Part shown: piece by piece, positions 1-13,230 of the stretch
Position numbering within the stretch: position 1 is the stretch's first letter
Layout of the letters: each line of letters starts with the position of its first letter
Source: Paraspadella gotoi
Taxonomy: Eukaryota; Animalia; Chaetognatha
Direction of reading: 5' to 3'
Assembly: GCA_051294375.1 (NCBI GenBank)
Contig: CM119270.1
Span: 5,557,452-5,621,451, forward strand
DNA length: 64,000 bases
Notes under the pieces: generated by a model
Databases searched by the model: none
Seen by the model: only the letters and a program-made list of their open reading frames with translations
Told to the model about the DNA's origin: nothing
Translations under genes and position numbers: made by a program

Positions 1-93
1 TTTAACATTCGTCTTGCCGAATGGAGCGCGGAGAAAGCTTAAATAAAACTTTGAAAACCAATAACCTCTTCTCTCTCTCTCTCTCTCTCTCTC

Positions 94-129
<36 letters not shown>

Positions 130-150
130 AACCCCACCAATGCCACTAAC

Positions 151-3100
151 CTGCGCGCCCTCAATCAGCGACGGCGAACATGCCCAACATGATGGGGCAA
201 GCACTCCGGTTTGTTGACTTCAAGAGTCTGGACATGATGCTGCACTGGTTAGCGGTGTGCCCACTTCCCTCCTCTCGGGGCACGATGATCCACAGAGGAT
301 GGTTGTTCTTTTCGTCCGAAAATCTCTCGGGCAAAACCTTAAAACGGAAATTTATATATTGTTTACAATATTCATTTAAAAAAAAAAAAAAAACACGTCA
401 TAAGCAAGAAAATGAATTGAGTGAATTCGGATTTGAAAACTCGATCGTTCAGCGATATATACCGACATCTAACATCTAGACATTCTTACATTAGACATTA
501 GACATCTAACATCTAACATTAGCCCTGCATTAGCCATGTCCATCCACATTTGCTTGCCTGGTTGACGAGGTTATCGTTTGCTCGCAGTCAGCGACATCCT
601 CCCGTGCGCCTGCCAACGCCTATCCATACTACAGATTAAGTTTCTTTTAGGTTTCGGCTTTGACGGCGCCGCTCCTCCACGTATTGCATGGCCTAAAGAG
701 GACTTTGCAGTTGTAGATGTGATGAACCGATCTTTTTTTTCCTTACTCATAATTCTATATCCTACTCTGTCTCTTACACTTTATACTCTCATTTCAATCT
801 TCTTAAATTCCGCTCTTCCCTCCCGCCACTCCGTATTTCGCTCCCACCTTCCCCCTTTTTCAAACCAGAAACTTGCTCTCCGTCATGCTAAGGTCCGTTT
901 TCCACTGCCGCAGGCGCACGCCTCCCTGCTGCTGACACAGAGGTTGAAGTGACAAGTAGACTCCCTCTCTTGTTTTCATGAGCTCGGCGTGGTCTCCCTG
1001 CTCCATATGCTTTCCTTCTATTACCAGACGGCGATCACGGTCGGCCGTTTGGACGGTGGAGACACTTGCGCGAGCCTCTAAGCCAATCGACTATGGTAGA
1101 TACCGTCGGTTATGGAAGGCGAAGGAGGAGTTAGGGAGTTTCAGACAGAGAGCGAGAAGGGGGAGGATAAAGGAAGAGGACAGATATGTCAAGCCGTTCA
1201 TACTGAGTCAAAGGGATGATGAAACAATGTGAGAGAGAATGATGAATTCTTGTCGATCGGTAAGCAGCGTGACTATTTACCCAACACCAGCAAGTCGCAT
1301 TTGATTCTCCTTTTTTTTGAAATGCCTTCATGCCATATTGTACAATAGATTGACTGATTCGGACACACCAAACCTCTCCTCATTCATGTTTTTTTTCCTA
1401 ACCACCGCTTGAAATATCTCTTAGAAAATATTCACGGGGGTCTTACCAGTGAATATCTTCCACGTACCGACACTCCCAATTTACTCTTTCTCTCTTTTCC
1501 CTTTTTCCTTCTCCTCTCTCTTCTCTCATCTCTCCTCTCCTCTCTCTCTTCTCTCTCTCTCTTCTCTCTCTCCCTTCCTCTCCTATTCTCTCTCTATTTC
1601 CCTCACCTTGTGCCATCAGTGTGGAACGTGGTCCTATCCTTTTCCTTCTCTCCTTCTTCTCGCTCTCTCTCTCTCCCTGCTCCTCCTCTCTCCTCTCTCT
1701 CACTCTCTCCTCCTCTGTCGCTTCCCTCCACCTTCCGTGTCCCTGGCCCGCGATCGTTCAGCCTTGTGAACAGGTGGCTTCCCCTTTCCTATTCTTCTTT
1801 TCGTTTCCTCTCCTCTCTCTCTCTCTCGTCTTCTCTCGTCTCTCTCTCTATCTCTCATCTCTCTCTCTTCTCCTCTCTCTCTCTATGCTTCTCTCTGCTT
1901 CTCCTTTCCTCACTTTGTATCCCGCGCGCATCCGGTGGACACGTGGGTCCTTCCTTTCTTCGTCACCCCGCCAGACGCCGTTCTTCACGATCTCTCGCTC
2001 TGATTGTCCAAGGCGCTCGTGGCTTCGTCGAGATGAGAAAGGTGGGTCCAGCATGATGAGGGCGCGGGCGACGGCAGCCCGCTGCCGCTGTCCGCCGCTG
2101 AGTTGACCGCCGCGCGGTTCGCCCACGGAGAATCGTTAGCCCTCGGAAGGGAGACCGGACGGAAAGGCAACCGTGAGTGGTTTGACCAATCTTGGCCGCC
2201 TGGGGGGGGAGGGATGAGGTGGGGGGGTGGGAGGAGAATCTAATGTTTTAGTTTCTGCGGGCGCGGAGCAACTTCTATATTCGGCTTCGTCTGTCGGCTC
2301 GGTCGGCTCCGGTATGTCTCTCCGTCGGTCTGTCCCACTTACGTTAAAAATGACAATAACTCGACTATATTCGAATGCTCATTTGTTAAGACAGACCCCA
2401 AATATAAATGACTGCTAGCGCCGCCTTCAGGAAATCATAAAACTATAACAAATAAAAGACACGCATTTGAATTTCGGTTCTCGTTTCTTTTTAAATTCTC
2501 CTTTATATACCATTTGAGTTTTATCATAACTCTGTTTAGTTCCAAACAAAAACCTCCTTTCATTTAAATGTTTATTCTTTGACATTTATATTCTATATTT
2601 TTCATTTCACTCTACAAATAAATAAAAAAAATTTACATTCAATCTCATCTAGCGTCAGTGGTGTAATGGTTAGCATAGTTGCCTTCCAAGCAGTTGATCG
2701 GGGTTCGATTCCCCGCTGACGCATTTCTTTTTTCGAGACATACTGCTCATTAAAATATCCAAGGAACCGTATTTCGATATTCGGATAGGCGCTCTAAGAA
2801 GTTAGATTTTTTTTTTCTATAATCTCCTTCCTTTTCTCTCTGTCCCTGCCCCTCTCTCTTACCATCTCCTTCCTTTTAACTTTCCCACCTCCTGGTCAAA
2901 TCTCCCTCCAACACCCATTTCTCTCATTCTCTCTCACTCTCTCACGTTTTCATCTCTTCCACAGTGGCCTTCTGATTCCCTGACATGATGTTGCGTCGGA
3001 TGCTTCCGGAGAAAAGGACGGGACATTGGGGAACCAGGCCGATGGTTTGGCGGAGCCACTTCGGGTTCAGATCCTTTTTAAAGGGCGGACGGGGAAGTGA

Positions 3101-6100
3101 AACGGGAAGGATGTCAGGCGGGGTATGAGGAATTCAAAAGCGCGGGGTCTTTAGAGGAATTTACAAGATGGTCCACAACCGACGAAGACAAACAAGTAAA
3201 CAATGGGTTTTTTTAATTCAATGAAATTGGTACAACCAATATAAAAATTATCCATTCATTTAATAAATAAGCTATCTTGCCCCTGACTTTGGACAGGCTT
3301 TGGTGGTTTAAGGCCTCCATCACTCTTACAAGATAATGACATAGCAGGTCCCTGCAAGCTTTCAATCAAGACTCTCTCACAGTCTCGTTTATTCACTCCC
3401 AGAGTACCTGGCTTCCCTATCAATGAAGTGGAAAATATTTCAAAGAATGTTTCAATTGTATGAAAAGACCACTCCCTTAAGTATTAGATCGGGGAATACT
3501 TATTGTACTCCGCACTAGCATCAAAATACAAGGAGCTGAATTTTATGAAATTGGTACAACCAATATAACTTATTACTTATGTCTATTTATTTTCTGATCT
3601 GACGACATTTTCCATTCAGACTGTGGGAAATTTTTTTTCTAGTGAAATTTTAATTTCAAATATCAAATAGACCGATAACTCTTAGTTTGAGTTATCCTCG
3701 ATTATTCCCTATATAAAGGATGGATAAGAGACGGACAAATGCTTGGCTGTTTCTGGAAACTAACAATATCACGATTTTACATTACACTACGTACCCAAAA
3801 CTCTATTAGCACTCTACACTGTAAATCCCCACATTTTACATTTTTACCCTGAGGTCGACGCCGTCCAAAGTGATGGATCCCTCGGTCGGATCGTAGAGTC
3901 GAAGCAGGAGTTGGATGACCGTCGTTTTGCCGCAACCAGATTCCCCGATGAGAGCGAAGGAAGAAGTCGCTTGGATCTGAGAGGAAAGATTGAATGGATA
4001 CTTGATAGATGAACAAAAGGCTTTAATTAAATAGTGATTAATTGAAAGAATGAATGAATGAATTAATTAATGAATAACAAATAACAAACAACACGACAAC
4101 AAAAAATCACATAGATTTTTCTCTCCCAATTTAGCCAACCTTGAAGGAGACGTTGTCCAGGATCTTGAGATCCGGTCGCGTCGGATAAGCGAAGGTGACG
4201 TTGTTAAACTCCACGTCCCCTTTGATGGAGTCGAGACGCTTTCCGTTCTCGGAGAGGGAATTGATCTTAGGCTCGTGGAGGATGATCTCCATGATAGGCG
4301 CCATCGCGTGACCGGCCTTGAAGATGTTTTCCAGGCCGTTGATGCCTTGGAGGATGAAAATTAGATCATCTTACGTTACATGATTACTGTTTCCAGATTG
4401 CTACACGAACCTTTTTATTCTTAATTAACCTAGGTTAAATAAAGTAACTAAATTATATCATTTTTGAAATAAAAATTTTAATCAAGCGCTTGTCTAACTG
4501 TATACGAATAGCCATATATAAATACATGTATTATTGATGGGTTTTAAATGGGCCACTCAGATTAAGTCCACTCCCTCATTCCACTCAGAAGAGCAGAAAG
4601 AACGGTCATCAAGAATCCGGACCCAGTTAAGGGTCAGGATCTGTTTTCCCGCTCAGGAGCAGACTTATCCACATCATCGTGGTTTGCAGGTTTGAACAAA
4701 GTAGTTCAAGGGACCTGGGACACATACTACAGAAATGATCCTGGTAAGTATGGTCTTGTTTTTTTCTCATTTGGTTTCCTTCATAAAATAATTTCTAAAC
4801 AAAACTCAACTGAGTTTGCGGAAAATCGTTATTCAAAATAAGCCAACCTTATAATTAACTATAATGAATTTGATAGGAAATAAGAATACTAAATAACGTT
4901 TATTTCATTAAAAGGTCCCACAGTTTTCAATTATTTTCTCAATGGTAATCACAAACCCGTCTATTTTGACAAACATTCAAATACTGCAATATGCAAATGA
5001 ATCTTTTGGTCATTTTCAACCTCAGGCGAACGAGTGAAATCTCATCTTGGTTCATTTTCCCGCTCTTCCTTTTCCCTCTGTCTTTTGTTCTATCCCTCTT
5101 CCTCTTCCCTGTCTTTCTTCCTCACCGTGCCCAAAGTGATAAGCCGCCTGCAGCGTGGTCATGTAGACGTGAAAGAACTGCTTGACTTCGTATCGGTGTT
5201 GGAACCTGTACTGGTCGTGCTTCTTGATGAACCAGTAGATGCCGAACGAGTGACCGGCGACGACGATGAACTCGGCGAAGGCGCGGCACACGTTGACGAT
5301 CGCGTGCGACCTCGGCGGGGCCGGGTTGAGCAGGGGGGACGGGTGGTTGGGGGTAGGGGGAAAAGAGACAAAGTGGAGGAGAGGAGGAAGGATGTGAGAG
5401 TAAGGCGGATAGGGGAAAAGGGGAAAAGTATGACTTTGAATTCCTCAATTCAAATCAGTTGATTCATCATTTATCGATCTGATTAACATTTTTTCACAAA
5501 CAAAAAGTTGTCAGTAATGACAAATATTTCCCTATTCTGTTTGATAAACTATATTCCGCCTCGATTATTTTTTAAGTTATTAAAATAAAAGGTCTAGTCT
5601 CTTTCTCGTAGACATTACTCTTAAATCCTCGCATCTACTAATCTTTCCTATTTTTTTTACTTATTTGCTTCTCTCGTCTCCTTGTTATCCCCCATCTTCC
5701 CTTAACTTCCCCCCCCCTTACTTGATGGCGAACTTTGCGACTATCGTGATGTTATCCACGTATCGCTTGTACTCTTGCTTGATGGCGTTGAAGGCCCACA
5801 CGATCCTGATGCCGCCCAACGCCTCCTCCGTCGCTTTCCCGCCCGCCGTGTACAGCACGTCCGCCTTTTTCCGCAACCGCGCCCCCAACTTGTTGATGAC
5901 GAGAAAGCGGATCAGATTTCCGGGCAAGAGGATGCAGTTGAGCGGCAGCGCCACCTCCCAGCCCGAGTAGACCCCGAAGCCGATGCAGCCGGCCGTGAGG
6001 GACCACTTGAAGATGGTCATGCCCACCATGGAACCGAGGCCGTAGGAGACCTTGAGAGGTGGGGTGGTAAAGAGAGAGAGGAGAGAGAGGAGAGTAGAAG

Positions 6101-6499
6101 AGAGAGGAGAGAGAGAGAGAGAGAGGAGAGGATAAGATGTGAGGGGTTATTTTGGGGGAGGAGTGAGAAATTGAGAAGAGGCAGAGAGAGGGAGATAGTA
6201 TTTTTTTTAACCATTAAGCAAAACAAAAATTATTACTAACAAATTAAAATGATGTAGAATACATGCAACGAGGCAAAATGAGGAAAAGAAAAAAAAAAAA
6301 AAAGAAACCTGAATCATGGTGCTGGCCACGTGATTGACAAGCGCCGTGGGATTTTGTGTGTCGTACCATTCTTGATCTTGGGACAAAAGCGCGCGAAAGA
6401 AGGCGATGCGTATTCGTCGCATTTGACGAAGGGCGGTCATTCGCCAGAAGATGTCCGCTTAATGTGGGTCGGCCGAGCTTGTCTTTCTTCTCACTTTTC

Positions 6500-6568
<69 letters not shown>

Positions 6569-7497
6569 CTCTCTCCACCTGCAAGAAAGTCCCGAAGAAC
6601 ATGAGTGCGAGCAGTCCGCCGAATTGCCACATGTACTTGAAGTGGACGACTTTCTCCATGCAGTGATAAGTTCGTCCGTCTGACCAGTTTTGTGGGTTAA
6701 CGGTTCCCGCGTTCACGCAGTTCGCCACGATTTGGTTCACGGTGCCGACGAGGTAAAAGTGCCAGGGAAGCGTGATCCCGCCGGCCATGGCGAAAATGGT
6801 CCCCAAGAACATGAGGAAATGGTCCAACCTGTCCGCGTAGTAGAAGAGGGAGCAGCAGTTGATGCGCACCTTTTTTTTCTTCACTTCGACCTGGGTTTCG
6901 TTGTCGGCGGCTATTGAAGGTCAGGGGTAGGGAAGAGAGATGGGGAGGGGTCGGGGATCAGGGGATGAAGGGGTTGGGGATCGGTGGTTGGGGAGAGGGA
7001 CGATAGTGATGGTGGGGATTGAGTTATTGATTAATTGATTTGATATAGATTTCAAAGTAAATAACGGGCGCTTAAACAAAAGACACTGCAGATTTATCGA
7101 CCTGCTAAGATTAATCAACCAAACCTTAGTAACCTTAGTAACGCGATTCTTCAAAACATCAACAATTTTTCTTTAGCTAATTGAAAAAATAGAAGTAAGG
7201 TTTCGTTTGCCCAAATAAAACCCCATCGATTGACCAATTAAAACCGTTTCTCTTTGGCCAATCACACTACCGTTCTCGTTTCCCGGCGTTTTCGGCGCCG
7301 CATTCTGCGAGACTCCAGATTTTACGGATTTCTCCGTCGCCTCAGACCGGAACGTCGCAAAAGATCGTTTCTCGCTCCCCACGTCGGGCTCATCCTTTTT
7401 TTTTTTAAATTAATACGATTTATTACTTCATTAATTTGAATTAATCGAAAAAGTTAGTAAAATTAAATCGAACTTAAAAATTTACCGCGTCGCTCAT
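151..7497 (-). CDS. ABCB1: ABCB1/MDR (P-glycoprotein)-like full ABC transporter, multi-exon, 3' part runs off the window start
   Basis: Hand-spliced GT-AG exons on the minus strand, mostly with matching phases: 7497-7486 (MSDA, tentative start), 7394-7271, 6910-6579 ([25 protein letters not shown]), ~6457-6309 ([30 protein letters not shown]; acceptor phase unresolved), 6050-5722 ([20 protein letters not shown]), 5310-5126, 4345-4140 ([23 protein letters not shown]), 3976-3848 (Walker [10 protein letters not shown]), 3073-2946 (Q-loop [10 protein letters not shown]), ~2199-1915 (signature LSGGQRQR, Walker B/D-loop LDEATSALD), ~1105-900 ([19 protein letters not shown]), 337-151 ([12 protein letters not shown], start of TMD2). 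Exons below ~2.2 kb carry single-base frameshifts, probably sequencing error. Confidence 0.93.
2246..2465 (+). mobile_element. Diverged, truncated copy of the same HINE-like family in an ABCB intron
   Basis: CGCGGAGCAAC..CTATATT..GTCGG..GTCTGTCCCACTTACGTTAAAAA..GCTCATTTGTTAA..GCGCCGC..GAAATC.TAAAACTATAA is colinear with 13250-13430. Confidence 0.55.
2652..2723 (+). tRNA. trnG-TCC: tRNA-Gly (anticodon TCC), intronless, inside an ABCB intron on the opposite strand
   Basis: 72 nt GCGTCAG...CTGACGC-A with a perfect 7-bp acceptor stem, A box TGGTGTAATGG, anticodon arm GTTGC-CTTCCAA-GCAGT, T arm CGGGG-TTCGATT-CCCCG, followed by the T-run TTTCTTTTTT. Confidence 0.97.
2724..2733 (+). terminator. Pol III oligo-T terminator of tRNA-Gly
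   Basis: TTTCTTTTTT immediately after the discriminator base. Confidence 0.7.
3220..3568. mobile_element. Unclassified interspersed repeat A (~320 bp) followed by the start of a second head-to-tail copy
   Basis: ATGAAATTGGTACAACCAATATAA...GACATAGCAGGTCCCTGC...CCCAGAGTACCTGG...GGAGCTGAA is shared with 13702-13958, ~18974-19246 and ~27752-27987. The opening 24-mer recurs at 3545. Confidence 0.75.
4530..4755. mobile_element. Unclassified interspersed repeat B (~225 bp) in an ABCB intron; second locus in an innexin intron (~47512-47752, partial 46245-46320)
   Basis: ATTGATGGGTTTTAAA...GGTCATCAAGAATCCGGACCCAGTTAAGG...AGCAGACTTATCCACATCATCG...CCTGGTAAGTATGGT occurs at both loci with unrelated flanks. 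Confidence 0.75.
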
Positions 7498-8116
7498 TTT
7501 GAGGCAACGGCTAATTCAGTCCCCCTGTCGGAGAATTTCCTTTTTTTTTTTTATCCGAAGGAGAGAATCTTCTTCATTTTGGAAGAAAAACAAAAAGCCA
7601 ATCGAGAGACTTAAAACTATCAATTCCTATACTAGAAAAAAAATAAATCGCGGAGTCTAGTATGTCTATGTTTAAATGATATTTAGTTTTCAAAGAAACG
7701 AGTAAACTTGGATTCTAAACTTTCGAAGGAACGAGATTTTTTAAAAAAAATTCTGCGATCTAATTTTTTTGTAATTTGATGAGTGCGATGGAACGAATGG
7801 AACGTTTTATTTTTTTAATTGTTGTTTACTATGTTTTTAAAATTATTTTTGTACGGAAAATAGAAATGGAAGAGAGANNNNNNNNNNNNNNNNNNNNNNN
7901 NNNNNNNNNNNNNNNNNNNNNNNNNNNNNNNNNNNNNNNNNNNNNNNNNNNNNNNNNNNNNNNNNNNNNNNNNNNNNNNNNNNNNNNNNNNNNNNNNNNN
8001 NNNNNNNNNNNNNNNNNNNNNNNNNNNNNNNNNNNNNNNNNNNNNNNNNNNNNNNNNNNNNNNNNNNNNNNNNNNNNNNNNNNNNNNNNGGAAGAGAAAC
8101 GAAAAAAAGCTATCAC

Positions 8117-8410
8117 CCTGCCGTGAACTTTTATTGCTCCCGATACAATTGCGGCCCTCTGCAAATTCATCTCACACACCCAAAATGGATTCTGTCACCC
8201 TCACTACCTCACCCTCGCCAATATCACGCTCACTCTCACCATTCACAATCCTCTTCCACCCAACTTCCTCTTCACATTCCCTCACCCTTGTTATGAGTCG
8301 GCTCAGCCGCTGCTTTAGCCGGAGGAGGCGCTGGAGGTTCCGGCGGCGGCGGCGGCGGCGGCGAAGGGGGTGCTTCTTGTTCTGTCGCGTCGGCCTTGAC
8401 TGACGTCAAA
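8117..8410 (-). CDS. Two putative coding exons upstream of ABCB (Pro-rich; possible N-terminal extension of ABCB or a separate gene)
   Basis: GC-rich open segment SVKADATEQEAPPSPPPPPPPEPPAPPPAKAAAEPTHNK ending at donor G|gtgag (8286), then a 42-nt phase-1/1 exon 8158-8117 (ttgcag|...|gtgat). I could not resolve an in-frame link to the ABCB start. Confidence 0.35.
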
Positions 8411-8940
8411 CTTGAAGCGCCTCACGAACGTCAAAGGCCACGCCCCCTTTTTGTCTGACCCTCGTCATTTTCGTCGTCACAACTTTTCTTCTTTCGAGCT
8501 GTTAGTCATTTGTTACGAACTTACCTTTATAAATTTTTTGTTATTTACAAAGTCATTTATCTCATTCAATTAAATTTAATCTCGGGCAATTCCAAGATTT
8601 TTTGCTTCTCGGAAAAAATAGTAATCGAATGACAACATTTTGTTTAATCCAATTTTTACTTTCCCAAGATTGGACAAATTCTGCTCAATTCCTATTAATA
8701 ATTTGGCATCGTTCTGCACTCGATAGTCAAAACGAATTTAAACCTTCATTCAATGTTATTGCCATAAAAATGATGTTTTTCGGTCACTCTGGTCTAATGT
8801 TCTACCGTCTCGTGTATCGCTGGAACAAGTAAAGAGCAAAGCTAAAAAACTACTACGAAACTATTAAATTTACTACATCTAACGTTAATTTTCTGAGTTC
8901 TACAAGCGCTGGTGCCGCTTTCCGTCCGCTTCTCGCGTCG

Positions 8941-8977
<37 letters not shown>

Positions 8978-10401
8978 NNNNNNNNNNNNNNNNNNNNNNN
9001 NNGAAAATTTTGCAAATTACTTGTTTCACTATTTTTTATTTTTCTATTTTAATATTTTAATATTTTATGACTGGATTAGTATATTAATTATATTATTTAT
9101 TCAAAACATATATTCATATATTCATATATACTGCTCCCTCTGGGCTTTCTTTCTTTCCGCTTCCCGCCGCGGACCCTTCCATGACGGCTCGGCTTTATTT
9201 TTCATATTTCTCGAACGCTAACCGTACTTCATTCTGCTTTGGCTTCCCTTTATAGTCCGTCCGTTTGTTTCTTTTTTTATCGTAACGCTACCTCATCCGC
9301 TTCTTGGCTTCTGCTTCTCGCGTCCTACCTCATCCCGTTTCTGGCATTCCCGTTCTGGTTCTCATCATTCGCATCTACTCTGCTTTTTTTTCGCTTTCGT
9401 GAGTTTGAAAGAAAAAAAAAAACAAACGAGAAGAGACGGAGGAAGTGGAGGTGGGTGGGGGCGTCGAGTGAAAAGAAAAGATGTTTGTTCATAAATGAGG
9501 AGAGAGAAGAGAGGGAGAGAGAGAGCAAGAGAGAGAGAAGAGAGAAGAGAGAGAGAGAAGAGAGAGAAAGGGAGGGAGGAGATGCTGTTTGGCTGGAATA
9601 AAATAAGTTACCGTAAATTCGATAACAAAGTTTAAACAAATTCATTTCTCAAAGAAATTTAAATAACTTTTAACTTTTAAATAAGCAATTCAAAAAAAAT
9701 TTTTGTCTTTTTTTAAAAACGTTTACTTGTCTAATAAATGAAAAGACGCAATTTTGGAGGGTTAAGTAGTTTTTTGGAATATTGTGGTTTTTTTTAGCTC
9801 TATTGAACGTGGGATTGAAATAAATAATACCATAACTTATTCAATACCGTAAAACTTCCATCCACGGAATCGCAATTAATAACAGGACTGGATTTATCGG
9901 TCTGTGACGGTTAAAATTGAACAAACTTCTCAAGGAAGAAAGATATAAGAAGAAACTTGTCATTCTACTCTATTAGGTATTTTTTCTTACTCTCTCTCTT
10001 CTTCCTCCTCTCTGCTCTCTTCTCTCTATCTCTCCCTTTCATCCCGTCTCCTTTACTCGTTGACTGGACGTGATAACATTGTCCTTGTGAGAAACGTTGA
10101 ATTTTCTTTCCTTTGTGACGGACTTATTTCACTCACAGCTTTGCGTCTTTTTCTCTCTTTTGTCCTTGTCATTTGTCATATCAGTCTCCTCCTTACACGT
10201 GTTTTTCCCCCCAATTTTTTTTCTGTTTTCTGTTGTTTCTGTTTTCTTCCGATCGAAATCATAAAATGTCTCTTTTTTTTCTCTCTTTTTCTCTTTTCGT
10301 TTCTCTTTTTCACCCATTGAAAGAAGGAATTCCGGCTTTTAATTCCTATATCAAGTCATCACCATTCATCACCATCATCATCATCACCATCATCATCATC
10401 T

Positions 10402-10447
<46 letters not shown>

Positions 10448-10835
10448 ATACCTTTTCTAACAAGTTTTAAATCCATATAATGTCGTCCCAGATCGAAAAT
10501 AGTCCACCTCACATTTTTCTTTTTTAAATTCTATCCTTCCCATCAACACCTTCTATTTTTAATCACATTCACTTCTCAACCTTTTTTATCCCCTCCTCCC
10601 TTTTAAATCCCCCTTCCCCTTTTTATTCCCTCCTCCCCCTTTCTCAATCCCCTCCTACCCTTAAATCCCCTGCATTCCCAACTTTTTAATCCCTGGATCA
10701 CTTTAAGTGAATGATTTCTCCCCCTGAGAATATCTCATCAAAAAAAAAACGGATCCCTAGAGGAAACCTTTGGCGTTCGGAATCCGTGACATTGGTTCTC
10801 CTCGCTCTCTCTCTCTTCTCTCTCTGCTCTCGCTC

Positions 10836-10874
<39 letters not shown>

Positions 10875-12501
10875 TCCCTTTATCCCATTGGCTTCAAAAT
10901 GCATCCATGTTTCCCCGCTCTCTTTTCAACTCCAGGCTTTCTCTTAGAACTCTTTTCTCTCATTAAATACTTGATCTTTTCTCCCTTTCATTCTTATAAA
11001 TTTCTATCTATATCTATCTCTTTGTTTTGTCGTTCCACTTATCATCTAAATTTGCAATCTTTATTTCCTTTCTCTCGGTCTTTAATTTCTTTAGTCCCTG
11101 CCACCAACACATTCCCCCTTTTCCTCCCTCTTTTCTCCTTGTCCCTCTCTTATCCCTCCCCCCACATTTCCCCCTTTCCTCCCTCTTTTCCCTGTCCCTC
11201 TCTTTATCCCCTGGTCCCCCATATTTCCTTACCTCCCTTTTATTCCCTTGTCCCCCTCTCCTTTAATAATCCCCGATATCTCCCTCCCACTCCCCTCATC
11301 GGCTCCTTCCCCTTCTCCCTTATTTTGCTTCTCCCAAGGGAAAGATCTACGGAACTAAGATCGTGGCTTCGTGGTCGAAGTTGAGAATCGTTTTACTCAC
11401 CCGCCAAATGAAACTTACCATGGAGTTCTGGGTAAAAGCCCCGGATTCTTCCTTGCTCTCGTTCCTCTTAAATTTCCTGTCTCAATCATCGGACGACGGA
11501 TTTACTTTTCCGATTGGCTAAAACTTTTTTGTCGAGATTTGCTTCCACTGAATTTCCTTTCATCTTATACCTATTTCTTTCTTTCTCTTACTTTCTTTCT
11601 TCCTTATATCTTCTTTCTTTCTTTCTTTCTTTTCTCCTATCTTCTTATCTTTCTTCTCATCTTCGACATCTTCTCTTCTTGATCCGGCGCTTGTTTGCTT
11701 CCTTCGCTTCCTCTCGTATTTTTTTCTTTCTTATTATTTTTTTTAATGTTTTTTTCATATTCCGTTTCCATCTTTTCTCTTCTTATATTTGGGCATGTTT
11801 TTCTTTCTTTTTAGTCTTCTACTTTCATTTGCTTCTTTACTTAAAATATTACCACGAATCCAAGCAGTCTCTGGAGCGTGTAATCCGCTTAACAACTTAC
11901 CTCACTTGTGAATTGCTCCTTACCTTCGTGACCACGCCCAGCTCTCTTTACCTCTCCTTACCTGGCCTAAGTCACGGACCTCCAGTTATCTTCGTCTAGG
12001 AAGAGGAAGCGAAGGAAAGAGAAGCTTGAAATTAAGAGGGAAAGAAGAAAATGGAAGAAAGAAGAAGAAAGAAAGGAAAGAATTTGGTGGAAGATGGGAA
12101 TAAAGAGGTTATGAAAAGGAAATAGGAACTTTTTAACAGTACTACATTATTGCAGGAGAAAAAAAATAAGAGAGACAAGGAATTGTAAACGAAGAAGTAT
12201 TAGAATGAGAAAAGTAGATGATGCTAGGGAGAATAGGAAGAAGATAACGAAGAAGGAAAAAAATTATTCTTTGTCCTGCCAGATTTGTCCATCGTAAAAA
12301 AAAAAGGATAACTAACAAAGTGGTTGAAGTCTCTTCCATATCCGCTTTCTTGGGGCAGAGACAAAGTTGGGAGCGGGAGTCATCCCTGGCCCTCGCTCGT
12401 TATTACGCTGCCGTGGATTAATGATGGACGCGTTTCGGCCTTGCTTCTCGTCTCTCTCTCTTGCTCCTCTCTCTCTCTCTCCTCTCCTCTCTCTCTCTCC
12501 T

Positions 12502-12532
<31 letters not shown>

Positions 12533-13230
12533 ACTCCCACAAATGCCCTCGTAAACCTTCCTGTTATATTCCTCGCGAGATCTCTATTATCCTAATCCAT
12601 CCAACGATTAGATCTTCATTTTCTTTTCTCTCGTTCGATATTAGTTAGTTATTACCCAATTACTATATATAGTATCCAATTATGTTTTAGCTCATGTTAA
12701 CTTAACTTTACTTCGTTTATATAAACGCTGTTTTACTACTACATGCCAATGCGTTACTATCAATATTCTCTTTCTAGTTTCTCTTTTCCTCTTCAAGACC
12801 CCAACATACTTCTACCTTTCTTCGCCATCGCCGGCTCATCGCGCAAGCGCAATAACGATACGTTCATGTTCCTCCTTAAACCTTTTCTTCTCCTTCCTCT
12901 TCCTCCCTCCTCCCTCCCTCCCCCCTTCTCCTTCTCTCTCTCAGTTCCTCCTTCGCCCGCAAGAAATGTATCGTCTCCCACTTGGTTTGCCAAGGGTCTC
13001 CTCGTTGCCATATGACGACGATAGATCACACCACGACGGACGCGACGGACGACAACGACGAGAACATAGGACGACAAAAAATAGACTCGACGACGACGAC
13101 AGACGACGACGACACGACGACGACGGACGAAGATTCTGGATTATAAAAGGTTCTGGCTTCTCATCCATATGCACTACTGATTATATATATGAATTCTTTT
13201 TGTTTTTTTGATTTGTCTAAGTTTCGTTTC

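Noticed and set aside
151-2199. ABCB as a pseudogene because of frameshifts in its 3' exons
   Set aside because: Upstream exons are clean, catalytic motifs are preserved, and the indel pattern matches the read noise seen elsewhere in the window.
4738-4752. U1 snRNA (minus strand ATACTTACCAGG)
   Set aside because: Only the first ~12 nt resemble U1. There is no stem-loop I/II sequence or Sm site, and it lies in repeat B.
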